Virus record (IMG/VR): IMGVR_UViG_3300017702_000168
Location: 1-37,446 of that record
Reading direction: 5' to 3' (one strand)
DNA: 37,446 nt
From: a virus
Lineage: Duplodnaviria; Caudoviricetes
The notes under the pieces: model-generated
Told to the model about the DNA's origin: nothing
The model's input: only the letters and a program-made list of their open reading frames with translations
Databases searched by the model: none
Program-made: the position numbers and the translations under genes
Shown: positions 25,366-33,905 of the stretch, piece by piece
Layout of the letters: every line of letters begins with the position of its first letter
How positions within the stretch are numbered: position 1 is the first letter of the stretch

Positions 25366-26115
25366 TCAGCTCCCCTCTTCTTTTAGTTGAGCTTGAATCT
25401 CCTCCATCTCCTCCTGGGAGATCCCCAGACTCACCTCCTCCAGCGCTGAGGCTGGTGAAGCCTCCTCTTGTGTCGTCAGCTCCAGGGGAGAAGGGTTGCT
25501 CTCTTCCTTCCAGATCTCCTCCAGCTTGCCCTTGAGACCCTTGACTGATCTCAGCTTCTCCATGAGCGCGTTGAAGGATCTTGTAAAAAAATCCTGATAG
25601 TGAAACCTCAGAGTGAAGATGATCACTTGCATCATCCCAAACTCATTGAGCTTGAAGTCCCTGTCAGCATCCATCTTGACCCAGCGGGGAGCACCCTGAG
25701 GGGATGACACCACAACATCAGTACAGCAAAGGATGTCATTGATCATGACCTCTACACCAGCGTCATCAACACGCTTGAAGAGACTGCTCACGGCGCGCTC
25801 AATACCAGCACCCTCAAGGGCTTCAGCTTGCTCCAGGGAGATCCCCTCATCAGAACCCATGAGCGCTGAGACAGCGGCTCCAAACGGTCCACCCACAATC
25901 CTCCCCAGCCTGATGAGGAGCTGTGTGGAGTAGATGGGGTTGAATGCTCTCACCCTCACTCTCATGTCCCCTGTGGGGAACGTGAAGACCCTGACTTCCC
26001 AGGGCTTGCGAGGCTCCTTTGTTGGCTCCTCAATGGGAGCCTCAGTGGGTTCATCTGAGAGGACGCTCTCTTCAATCTTTGGATCTTGCTCACTTGTCTT
26101 CTTTTTGTCTGTCAT
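25366..26115 (-). CDS. Tail assembly chaperone (gpG-like)
   Basis: Lies between the tube and tape measure genes; contains Y.DFF encoded by GGATTTTTTTA. Confidence 0.78.
   Translation of the reverse strand: MTDKKKTSEQDPKIEESVLSDEPTEAPIEEPTKEPRKPWEVRVFTFPTGDMRVRVRAFNPIYSTQLLIRLGRIVGGPFGAAVSALMGSDEGISLEQAEALEGAGIERAVSSLFKRVDDAGVEVMINDILCCTDVVVSSPQGAPRWVKMDADRDFKLNEFGMMQVIIFTLRFHYQDFFTRSFNALMEKLRSVKGLKGKLEEIWKEESNPSPLELTTQEEASPASALEEVSLGISQEEMEEIQAQLKEEGS
25584..25594 (-). other. Programmed -1 frameshift slippery site G GAT TTT TTT A
   Basis: T7 run in the X XXY YYZ register. The -1 frame is stop-free from here to 25148 and is closed by a TGA about 17 codons upstream. Confidence 0.78.
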
Positions 26116-26144
26116 GTTCTTTTCCTTTCCACTGGGGAGGGGGT

Positions 26145-26180
26145 AAAAAAAGAGAGCCTCAAGGAACTCCTGAGGCTCTC
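26145..26180 (-). terminator. Rho-independent terminator after the tail tube gene
   Basis: gagagcctca / tgaggctctc stem followed by T7 on the minus strand. Confidence 0.85.
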
Positions 26181-26186
26181 AAGTGA

Positions 26187-26606
26187 TCAGGTGTTTGAAC
26201 CCACGAAGTGATCAAGGACAGGGCAAAGGAAAGCCCATTGCACATTTCCAGTCTCAGCCTCATAGGACTTGTCACTCACCTTCTGGAGCCTGGAAGCCTC
26301 AGCAAAGTGAAGGCTTGTTCCGTTGGCGTCCTCCACTGCAATGTGGGTCTGACCCCCACCCAGCTTCTCCTGAGCGAGTGCAACACCCATGAAATAATCA
26401 TTGGATGGGCTTGAACCCAGAAGGGTGAATGTGACCAGTCCAGACTTATCACTTGAGAGGTTGAAACACCAGTCTCCCTGAAGACCAATGGTGAGTGTTG
26501 CAGCCTCAGATCTTCGGGCTGCATTGATCATTGTTCCTGGAGCAAATCCAGTGACGATGTGAGCACCATGAATAGCGCTCACTTCACCCGGTGCATAACT
26601 TGGCAT
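26187..26606 (-). CDS. Tail tube protein (DUF3277-like)
   Basis: Y.P.EV....G....TGFA.GT.I, G..G, DKSG.VT.TL..SSPSN.Y, D.NG and W; follows the sheath gene. Confidence 0.85.
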   Translation of the reverse strand: MPSYAPGEVSAIHGAHIVTGFAPGTMINAARRSEAATLTIGLQGDWCFNLSSDKSGLVTFTLLGSSPSNDYFMGVALAQEKLGGGQTHIAVEDANGTSLHFAEASRLQKVSDKSYEAETGNVQWAFLCPVLDHFVGSNT

Positions 26607-26664
26607 GATTGAACTCCTTTAGTTCATTGTTTTTGTATAGATCATTTGAACACAGTGAGGCTGA

Positions 26665-28026
26665 TCAGGCTATCAGCTTCCCACTGTATGATGTCTTGTT
26701 GATTGCTCCAGCAAGGTAGAACTCAAAGGTGATTGTGGGGAGGGAGCGTGTTGCTCTCTCAGCGCTTGTCATCGTTCGCACATCAACAGCATTGATGATA
26801 GGTTCAGGCTGATCAGTGAATAGACCAGTGCTCAAGCCCTTTGCAAAGCGCTCCCTGAGAATCCCCAGAAAGATTGCTTTACCAGCGTTTGTCATGGGGA
26901 TCTTTCCTCCACCCTTTGAAGCCTCAACCTTTGCAGCAAAGGAAGCCTCCTCAAGTCTTGTGGTTGTCCAGTCAATCCCCAGGAGGACATCCATCCACTC
27001 ACCAGATGAGGCTTTGCAGTCCTCCCCTGTGACTGTGATCCCACCTGCATTGTCAGCAAAGAAACCATTCTTTGCCTCAAGGAAAGCACGCTCACTGGAT
27101 GTGATGTTTGCTGGGGTGATCCCAGGCATAGGAACGTTGTTGTAAACTGTGGACTGCTCATCAGCACTCACGCTGAGTCTGTTCCCATGAAGAGCAACGT
27201 TAGGGAACTCCCAAAAGCGATCAGTCCAGAAGATCCCCCCATCCCTGGAGAGAGTCTGTGCAGCGCTCAAGACATCATCAGTTGCACTCGTGATGCAGTC
27301 AGCATCACTGGAGAGACCCATGGGGAGCTTGCGTCTTGTCTGGCACCATGTGAGGAGTTCCAGGACATCAGCCTTTGTGGGGTTGAGGAGAGCCACACCA
27401 TAGAACCCTGGGTTCTCCAGGAGGCAAGCATCCAGCGCATCTGAGACGGTCTCAGCGCTTGCTGTGTTTGCGGTGGTGTTCACGATGGACTGAAGAGCAT
27501 CCACAGTGGATGTGAATCCGATGCCTGGAAAGTCACTGGTCACAGTGTAGGCATCAGCCCCACTGTCAGCAGTGGTCACAGGGAGGGGTGAGTCATCAAT
27601 TGCAGCCCTGATCAGATCACGAATATCACCCAGGGAGGGTGTCCCTGTGGGAGCTGTGACCTTGACCTCAAAGGCAACACCTGTGGGGAACTTGTACCCA
27701 TAGGTGTAGATAGCCTCAGCGGTTGCTGTGTCCACAGTGATTGTGTCCACTTGGGCAATGCCCACAGTACGTCTCCCCACCATTGCAGCCTGAGGGGTGA
27801 GATCCATCCCAAGGAGGTTTGACATTGCGATGTATTCAGCATCCTTTGCAGTGAACCCAGCATCCTTCATACCCTGGAGGATCTCAGCCCCAGAACCAGC
27901 ATACTCTTGAGTTCTCTCCAGGAACCTTGAATGCTCTCCCAGGATCAGGACTTTTCCAAAGCCAGCAGTTGAGAGGTTGAGAGTTCCAGAAATGATCTGG
28001 ACATTTTCACGATCAGTGATCCCCAT
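26665..28026 (-). CDS. Contractile tail sheath protein (DUF3383-like)
   Basis: GFG..LILG, SGEWMD...G.DW, KIP.T..G and F...LAGAI. Confidence 0.9.
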   Translation of the reverse strand: MGITDRENVQIISGTLNLSTAGFGKVLILGEHSRFLERTQEYAGSGAEILQGMKDAGFTAKDAEYIAMSNLLGMDLTPQAAMVGRRTVGIAQVDTITVDTATAEAIYTYGYKFPTGVAFEVKVTAPTGTPSLGDIRDLIRAAIDDSPLPVTTADSGADAYTVTSDFPGIGFTSTVDALQSIVNTTANTASAETVSDALDACLLENPGFYGVALLNPTKADVLELLTWCQTRRKLPMGLSSDADCITSATDDVLSAAQTLSRDGGIFWTDRFWEFPNVALHGNRLSVSADEQSTVYNNVPMPGITPANITSSERAFLEAKNGFFADNAGGITVTGEDCKASSGEWMDVLLGIDWTTTRLEEASFAAKVEASKGGGKIPMTNAGKAIFLGILRERFAKGLSTGLFTDQPEPIINAVDVRTMTSAERATRSLPTITFEFYLAGAINKTSYSGKLIA

Positions 28027-28041
28027 GAGGGTCTCCTTTGT

Positions 28042-28581
28042 TTAAGTTAAGTCAATGTCCAGGCTTACACTGGATCTGTTTAAATCATCACTCACCACAT
28101 CACCCTCAAAGGTAACATGTTCAATGACTCCAGGGCTTGTTCTGTATTCAACAGAATAGGAGAACTGGAGCGTGAGGGTTGCCCTCTTTTCGTTCCTTGT
28201 TGTGAGGAAGGTTGTAGAGTCGATTGAACCCAGCTCACGCTGATAGGACACACCAGCGTTGAAGAGTGTGGGCTTGTGGTACTCCTGGAGGGAGTTCCTG
28301 ATTGCATCAACATCCTCATCTGAGGTCTCACCATACAGGGAGAGGGTAACTGTAGCAATCCTCTCCCCCTTGTGGACATACTCCTCATCATCCATGACCT
28401 TTGCGTCCTGATCCCCCACCCTCCTCACAGGGGTGACTCTCACTGAGCACCATGGAGCCTCAGGAGATGGAGTCCCTGTGGAGTCTCCCGTCCTTGGCTG
28501 GTCATGATCAATCACTGTGTGTGATGGGAGGATCTCCTCAATGAAGTCCCCAATTGCATTCTTTGCTGTTGTGAAGTTCAT
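28042..28581 (-). CDS. Neck / tail terminator protein
   Basis: Position before the sheath gene; VI..DQ, G.R.ATV.LS.YG and E.RA.L.L.F.Y. Confidence 0.75.
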   Translation of the reverse strand: MNFTTAKNAIGDFIEEILPSHTVIDHDQPRTGDSTGTPSPEAPWCSVRVTPVRRVGDQDAKVMDDEEYVHKGERIATVTLSLYGETSDEDVDAIRNSLQEYHKPTLFNAGVSYQRELGSIDSTTFLTTRNEKRATLTLQFSYSVEYRTSPGVIEHVTFEGDVVSDDLNRSSVSLDIDLT

Positions 28582-28928
28582 TCATCCACCCTGATTGCAA
28601 CCACCTCCCAGTGGGGTGATGTGTGTTCAATTGGCTCACAGGTCATGACCTCATAGTCCCTCCCATTGATGGTGATCACATCTGCTGGAGTCTTGAGGGT
28701 CTTGTCCAGGGTCAAGAGTTCAGTGTTTGTAATGATGAGCTTTGGGTCTTTCGTGCGCTGAGCATCGCTCAGAGAGACTGTGCTCTCAGATGACGCTGGT
28801 TCAGGATAGCCCTGGATAGTGAAGACGGTCTCAGCCCCAGGGACAAACTTCCTATTCACATACGTTCCAGCGGCTCTCCTTTTCACTGAGAGTGATCTTG
28901 CTCCCAGGATGCTTCCTCTTGATCTCAT
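28578..28928 (-). CDS. Head-closure protein
   Basis: R...G.YV...FV.G, L.D..R, T.TEL and AD.I...G..YEV. Confidence 0.72.
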   Translation of the reverse strand: MRSRGSILGARSLSVKRRAAGTYVNRKFVPGAETVFTIQGYPEPASSESTVSLSDAQRTKDPKLIITNTELLTLDKTLKTPADVITINGRDYEVMTCEPIEHTSPHWEVVAIRVDE

Positions 28929-29395
28929 GGTTTCTCCTTCATGCGCACCTCAAAGGATACAGCATTGCGCGCTGTTCCTGTGTCAATGAGTGGGTTGTCA
29001 GCACCCTTCTGATCAATGGTTGACTCAGCGTTAGCTGGATCATTGAAGTCAGTGATTGCTTTCTGAAGCTCAGCCTTGAACTTGATCCCCACCTTCGTGA
29101 GTGCACCCTCAACTGTGGAGCGTCCCTGGATGATTGCCTCCAGCTCCCTCTTGAGCATTGCCTCAACCTCAGGTCTGACAGCATCAGTTGTCTCACCCAT
29201 GACTGGACGCTCAGGGATGTCAATGGTCCCCACCTCATTGAGCCACATGTAGTCAGCAACACTCAGCTCAGACTGATCTCCCCCTTCAGGGTTGTCCCCA
29301 GCAAAGAACCCCACAACAACATGGGGAGCTTTCTTCATGAGATCCATCTGTCCCATGATGCGCTTGTATCCTTTGTCCTTGTCGATAGTATCCAC
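28925..29395 (-). CDS. Tail-completion / virion morphogenesis protein (HK97 gp10-like)
   Basis: VVVG, NEVGT..IPERP, PANA.STI..KG...PLIDTG..RN.V; GTG start. Confidence 0.8.
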   Translation of the reverse strand: MDTIDKDKGYKRIMGQMDLMKKAPHVVVGFFAGDNPEGGDQSELSVADYMWLNEVGTIDIPERPVMGETTDAVRPEVEAMLKRELEAIIQGRSTVEGALTKVGIKFKAELQKAITDFNDPANAESTIDQKGADNPLIDTGTARNAVSFEVRMKEKP

Positions 29396-29430
29396 TGAGA
29401 ACTCCTGTGGTGGTCCCTGAGGGGTTTGAA

Positions 29431-29808
29431 CTACAGTCCAGGTATCTTGCGATATCTACACCAGTAACGATCCTCTACAGCCTTGAGAGCCTCCTCAGTG
29501 GAGCGGTATGTCTCAGCGATTCGTGAGGAGCGCTTTGAGCTGATTGATGGGTCTGCTCTCACTGCATCCTGGATAGCAAAGACGAACACACCCAGCTTGA
29601 CGCTGGAGGGGATGGACTCATCAACACCAAACCCATCAACAAAGGGGTTGTTGATAAACAGATCAGCTTGCTCCATTGCTCCCTCAAGAGAGAGCTGGAG
29701 CATGAAGTCATCTGAGGTGTCCAAGGGGTCAATCTTTGCGTACTTCTTAAACTCAGTGAGCAAGGCTGCAATGTCTGGATCTGGCAATCTGTCTTGTATC
29801 GCTCCCAT
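29431..29808 (-). CDS. Head-tail connector (HK97 gp6-like adaptor)
   Basis: L.EFK.Y.KID....DD..L...L..A..QAD.F.N, IP..VK.GV and terminal YR..PGL. Confidence 0.8.
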   Translation of the reverse strand: MGAIQDRLPDPDIAALLTEFKKYAKIDPLDTSDDFMLQLSLEGAMEQADLFINNPFVDGFGVDESIPSSVKLGVFVFAIQDAVRADPSISSKRSSRIAETYRSTEEALKAVEDRYWCRYRKIPGL

Positions 29809-29875
29809 GGGAGGCTCCTTGTTTTGAGTCCCTCTCCTGGGACTGGTTCAACTCAATGGACACAGGGGGTGTGGA

Positions 29876-30328
29876 TCACTCCTCCTCACCCAGTCCAAGC
29901 TCAGCATCAACCTGGACATCACCAGCATCAATCTTGCCAGTGAGGACAGCCTGAGACTCTTCAACCCACAGCTCAAGAGCAATGGTGTTCTCTTCCTTGG
30001 TTGGGTAGGTGGTCTCACCTTCAGCCTGGAGAGCATACACCTTCTTCAGTGCGGCTCGAATGGCGTTGCCATTGCCACCCTCAAGGGCTGCATTGGCTTC
30101 CTCAAGCAAGGTCATGGATGTGGCGATTGCTCCCCCCTGAGGGTTGATGGGATCAACATTCTTTGCAGACTCCACATCCTCAATGGGGTCTCCAAGATAA
30201 CCAGTGCCATAGACGCGCTCGATTGCTGCAACGGCATGATTGCCCAGCCACTTTGTTTTACCCTGAAGCATCAGGGAATCAGACCACTTGAAATTCTGGA
30301 GAATGGGATAGAGCTTCTTTGACATCAT
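29876..30328 (-). CDS. Hypothetical protein downstream of the major capsid gene
   Basis: 150-aa ORF with acidic C-terminus in a position typical of head accessory genes. Confidence 0.7.
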   Translation of the reverse strand: MMSKKLYPILQNFKWSDSLMLQGKTKWLGNHAVAAIERVYGTGYLGDPIEDVESAKNVDPINPQGGAIATSMTLLEEANAALEGGNGNAIRAALKKVYALQAEGETTYPTKEENTIALELWVEESQAVLTGKIDAGDVQVDAELGLGEEE

Positions 30329-30353
30329 CGTCTCACTTTGTCGGGATCACGTT

Positions 30354-30390
30354 AAAATAAAAACCCCTCTCCTCATGGAGAGGTGAGGGG
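30354..30390 (-). terminator. Rho-independent terminator after the major capsid gene
   Basis: cccctc-t-cctc / gagg-t-gagggg stem followed by TTTTTATTTT on the minus strand. Confidence 0.75.
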
Positions 30391-30422
30391 TCTGATAGAT
30401 TCTGAGTCTGATCAGGAGTTGA

Positions 30423-32030
30423 TCAGGAGGGTGCTGCATCGAAGGAACCAACCACCATAGCCTCAGGTCGGTAGTACGCAAGCATCAAGCGTTGCTCCAT
30501 GAGGAGCTGGATCATGTTACGCATGAAGAAATCACTATGTGATTCCGAGATGCGAACGTTGGTATTTTCGCGATCAAACAACTCAACAGCAAGCTGGAAG
30601 TTGCCTGTAAGGAAGTCACCCTCATTGATCGCTGTGGTCTCAACGTAAGGCACGCGCCACACTTGACCGTTGTTGAGGACGTACATGTAGCCCTTGTTGT
30701 CGTTCTTCAACAGCTCAAGGTCTTCAACATCATTGGGGTTGAGGATCATCCCTGTTGCTGGGTACTCAGCAAGGCGACCTTTGGTCATGGCACGACGCAT
30801 AGCATCATACTTCGTGTCGCCAATCTCACCAGCGCTCCAGGAGTAGGACTGAACGTTAGCATGAGTCATCATGCCTTGAAGCTCATTCCCTGTCCCTGAA
30901 CCGTAAAGCAAGTGCCAATCTTCATTGGTCATCATGCCAGCGGTGAGGCGTCCATCAATGTAGGAGCGCAAGCGGGGAGCATCGTCCATGATCTGACGAG
31001 TGATGGGCAAGCCCTTCGCAATCGTCTTCACTGTGGCACTTCGGAGAGCAATGGTGACATCACCATCAGGCTTCTTCTCACCCTCAGGGGTTGCAGCGAT
31101 GAGGTCAGAACTCACACGTGTAGCGTCGATTGCGTAGTTGTTCACAAAGGCAACCGTAACGGTGAGCGTACCACCATCACCTGAGCGGCTCACACCACCT
31201 GGAGCGATTGTCTTCACCTCAGTGTTTGTCCCATCAGACACAGTGATCTGCTGTCCAGGAGTGAAGCCTGAGATGGTCGCAACCACAAGGGTTGTGGGGG
31301 TTCCTGTGATTGCGGTTGTGAGCTTCGTGGAGATGTTGAAGAAACCTGTCTCCTCAAGCCACTCAACACCATTGACACTTGTGGGGGATGTGCGGATCAA
31401 GTCACGCACGTGCTCCAGGCGGAAAGGCTTGTTCACAATGTCTGGGAGTCGTGTTGGACGTACAAGGACACCCACTGATCCTGAGTCACTGGTCAAGCCT
31501 TTCTGCTCACGAAAGGACTTGATCTCCTTGCAAAGCTGAGCGGTGAGAATCTCATCGCTTGCCCCGCCTCCAATCATTGCTTGAACTTCCTTGGAGGAGA
31601 AGATGGAGCCAATCTCCACAGAGTTGCAGTTCGTTGAGTTGTTTTTGCGCATCTGCTCATACTGAGCCGACTTGATGAACAGCTCACCTGGAGTCATGCC
31701 CTTGACGCCATCAGAATCAGCCTCACCAGCTTGGTAGGTTGGACGCTGCATGCGCTTGATGAGGGTCTCATGTTGAGAGATGAGATCAGCGTTTTGCTCT
31801 CCAAAGGACTGGAGCTTCTCTTCAAAGGATGTGATCAGTGCAGCGGTTGCATCACTGGTTCCACCCCTGGACTTGATCTCACGAGTCTGGTTCTCAAGGG
31901 CTTCCTTCATGCCCTGCATTGTTGTGTTGAACTGCTTGATGAGATCAGTGTTTGCGTTATTGATGTCATCGTTCTGGCTTTTGGTGTTTGACTTCACACC
32001 ACCACGAAAGAGCGGATTGTTTTTAACCAT
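30423..32030 (-). CDS. HK97-fold major capsid protein with N-terminal delta domain and E-loop insertion
   Basis: Coiled-coil N-terminus; VRDLI, EG..KP, VKTIA...PITRQ.MDDAP.L.SYI..RL, LLYGSG.G..L.G, ILNP.D and F..NMI....EQR. Confidence 0.95.
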   Translation of the reverse strand: MVKNNPLFRGGVKSNTKSQNDDINNANTDLIKQFNTTMQGMKEALENQTREIKSRGGTSDATAALITSFEEKLQSFGEQNADLISQHETLIKRMQRPTYQAGEADSDGVKGMTPGELFIKSAQYEQMRKNNSTNCNSVEIGSIFSSKEVQAMIGGGASDEILTAQLCKEIKSFREQKGLTSDSGSVGVLVRPTRLPDIVNKPFRLEHVRDLIRTSPTSVNGVEWLEETGFFNISTKLTTAITGTPTTLVVATISGFTPGQQITVSDGTNTEVKTIAPGGVSRSGDGGTLTVTVAFVNNYAIDATRVSSDLIAATPEGEKKPDGDVTIALRSATVKTIAKGLPITRQIMDDAPRLRSYIDGRLTAGMMTNEDWHLLYGSGTGNELQGMMTHANVQSYSWSAGEIGDTKYDAMRRAMTKGRLAEYPATGMILNPNDVEDLELLKNDNKGYMYVLNNGQVWRVPYVETTAINEGDFLTGNFQLAVELFDRENTNVRISESHSDFFMRNMIQLLMEQRLMLAYYRPEAMVVGSFDAAPS

Positions 32031-32033
32031 GTC

Positions 32034-32777
32034 TCACATACCTTGTAAGAAGTTATTGAAGTTATCGAGTGAACTTGTGATGGAGTTCAGATCATCCTTG
32101 CCTTTAAAAGCATCACCTCCATTCATACCTGAGCCAAGCAATGTGCGCAAGTCTTCAAGCTCCAAGATTCTGGAGTTGAGCATTGACTCAAGGGACTTGA
32201 TCTGATCAGGGGTGACATCCTCAGTCTCCCTGAACTCCTTGATGAGAAGATCCAGCGCGTAGGCTTTGCCCTCCTCAACTGTGGTGGAGCTGTTTGCTCC
32301 CCATGTGACAGGACTGATCTCCCAGATCTTGAGCTGAGTGAGGAGCCTTGCCCTGATGGTAGCGTCTTGACCTTTGATGTTCCAGTCAATCCAGTTCGCT
32401 TTCATGACATCAAACCCAAAGGACATCTCATCAACAGCATGATCCCTGATGAGTTCAAGGGCTTCATCACCCCTCACAGTCTTGGAGACTCGACTCTCAA
32501 AGTACAAGCCCTTTGCATCCTCAATGAGGATGTGTGGACGACCTATCACCTCATGCCTCTTGTGTTGCCACAGGAGTTTGATTCTGGACTTGCCCTTCCC
32601 AGGAGGATTAAAGTCATCCCTGATGGACTGTGCAAAAGCACCTTTCTGGATCACGTCTCTATCTGAATCCAGGTTGTCAAAGATTGCGGCATGACCTTTG
32701 ATGATCCGCTTGTCAATCTCCGCTTTGATGTCTGTGTCTGCTGTAACCTTATTCATTCTGGCCATGGTTTTGCTCAC
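32034..32777 (-). CDS. HK97-family prohead protease
   Basis: IKGHAAIFDN.D..RDVI.KGAF, LLWQH, EDAKGL, MSFGF and EISPVTWGAN. Confidence 0.95.
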   Translation of the reverse strand: MSKTMARMNKVTADTDIKAEIDKRIIKGHAAIFDNLDSDRDVIQKGAFAQSIRDDFNPPGKGKSRIKLLWQHKRHEVIGRPHILIEDAKGLYFESRVSKTVRGDEALELIRDHAVDEMSFGFDVMKANWIDWNIKGQDATIRARLLTQLKIWEISPVTWGANSSTTVEEGKAYALDLLIKEFRETEDVTPDQIKSLESMLNSRILELEDLRTLLGSGMNGGDAFKGKDDLNSITSSLDNFNNFLQGM

Positions 32778-33817
32778 TCAAGTAGGTTGTAAATTATCGC
32801 ACATCTACAGCCTGGATGGGCTGGAGCTGTGAACGTGTTTGGGATTCTCTTTGTTGCTCCAGGGAAGGTCTCCTCCAGACCAATCACAGCCCCATGGAGA
32901 GGACCACAGTGAGGGCATACCCTCTCATCCTGTGCAGTGTACCACATCTTGATGATGGTGGATGAGCTGAGTGCTCCTTTGTTCGCTTGCCTCATCTGTT
33001 CAAGAGCACCCTGATTGAAGGCAATAGACATCTCAGTCCTTGCAATCCTCTCAGCCCTCACCATGTGCATCCTGGAGGCATAGCTCAGGGCTTGCCTGTC
33101 AGCATCCACAGGACTTGCTCCACCATCGATGAGGGCTGTCCTGTGTCTTGATACTGCTTTGGCTTGCTTGTCTGTGAGTCCCACAGTTGCCCTGATGTAA
33201 CGTCCAGCGGCTTTAGCTCCCATGGGGGAATCATTGACCACATACTTGATCATTGATTGTAATGCCCTGTGTTGTTGGTTGCTCAGGTTGACAGCAAGCT
33301 CAGTCCCCCTGGATGAGATCCAGGCTCTCAGTGTACCAGCCCTTGCATCAAACCTGATGTTCTTCCCCAGGGAAGACTTGACAGCATCTCTCATGTAGCC
33401 TGAGGAGGACTCTATTGCATTCATCCAGGCTGGTGACAGCTTCTCATTGATGAGTTCAACATAGGCGTCCTGGAGAGCCTGGAGCTGATTTGCATCAAGG
33501 CTACCGTTCTTCAGCGCCTCCTGGATGTCACCATACTTCAGGCTCCTCCTGGAGGAGTTCCAGGTCTTCATGAGGATACGCTGGAGCTTTGGCTCCTGTG
33601 AGCTGAGGTAAGCCCTGATCACTCTCTCAACCCCTGAGTTGTTGATGGGGATGAGGGTGAGGTTCTTTGGTAGCCTTGCCCTTGAGGAGTCAACCTGTGG
33701 GGTTGTATTGGTCCCCAGTGTTGGGTTGCTCAGTGGGCTTGAGATGTTGGAACCATATGGATCTTTGGTCTCATGATCCTCACCACAACCACATTTATTT
33801 CTACCTAGAACGATCAT
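32774..33817 (-). CDS. Minor head protein (SPP1 gp7 / Mu gpF family)
   Basis: RAERIARTE, K.W.TA.DERVCPHC..LHG and PAHPGCRC. Confidence 0.92.
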   Translation of the reverse strand: MIVLGRNKCGCGEDHETKDPYGSNISSPLSNPTLGTNTTPQVDSSRARLPKNLTLIPINNSGVERVIRAYLSSQEPKLQRILMKTWNSSRRSLKYGDIQEALKNGSLDANQLQALQDAYVELINEKLSPAWMNAIESSSGYMRDAVKSSLGKNIRFDARAGTLRAWISSRGTELAVNLSNQQHRALQSMIKYVVNDSPMGAKAAGRYIRATVGLTDKQAKAVSRHRTALIDGGASPVDADRQALSYASRMHMVRAERIARTEMSIAFNQGALEQMRQANKGALSSSTIIKMWYTAQDERVCPHCGPLHGAVIGLEETFPGATKRIPNTFTAPAHPGCRCAIIYNLLE

Positions 33818-33905
33818 CGTAAGTCCTTGTTATCCTTTCTTATTTCAGCGTAAAGCATGGCAACACATAGCAGACAGAACCCCATCCTCACAAGCTCAAT
33901 GGTCA

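Noticed and set aside
33818-33905. tRNA or ncRNA in intergenic gaps
   Set aside because: No cloverleaf, T-loop or other recognisable structure in this or the other short gaps.
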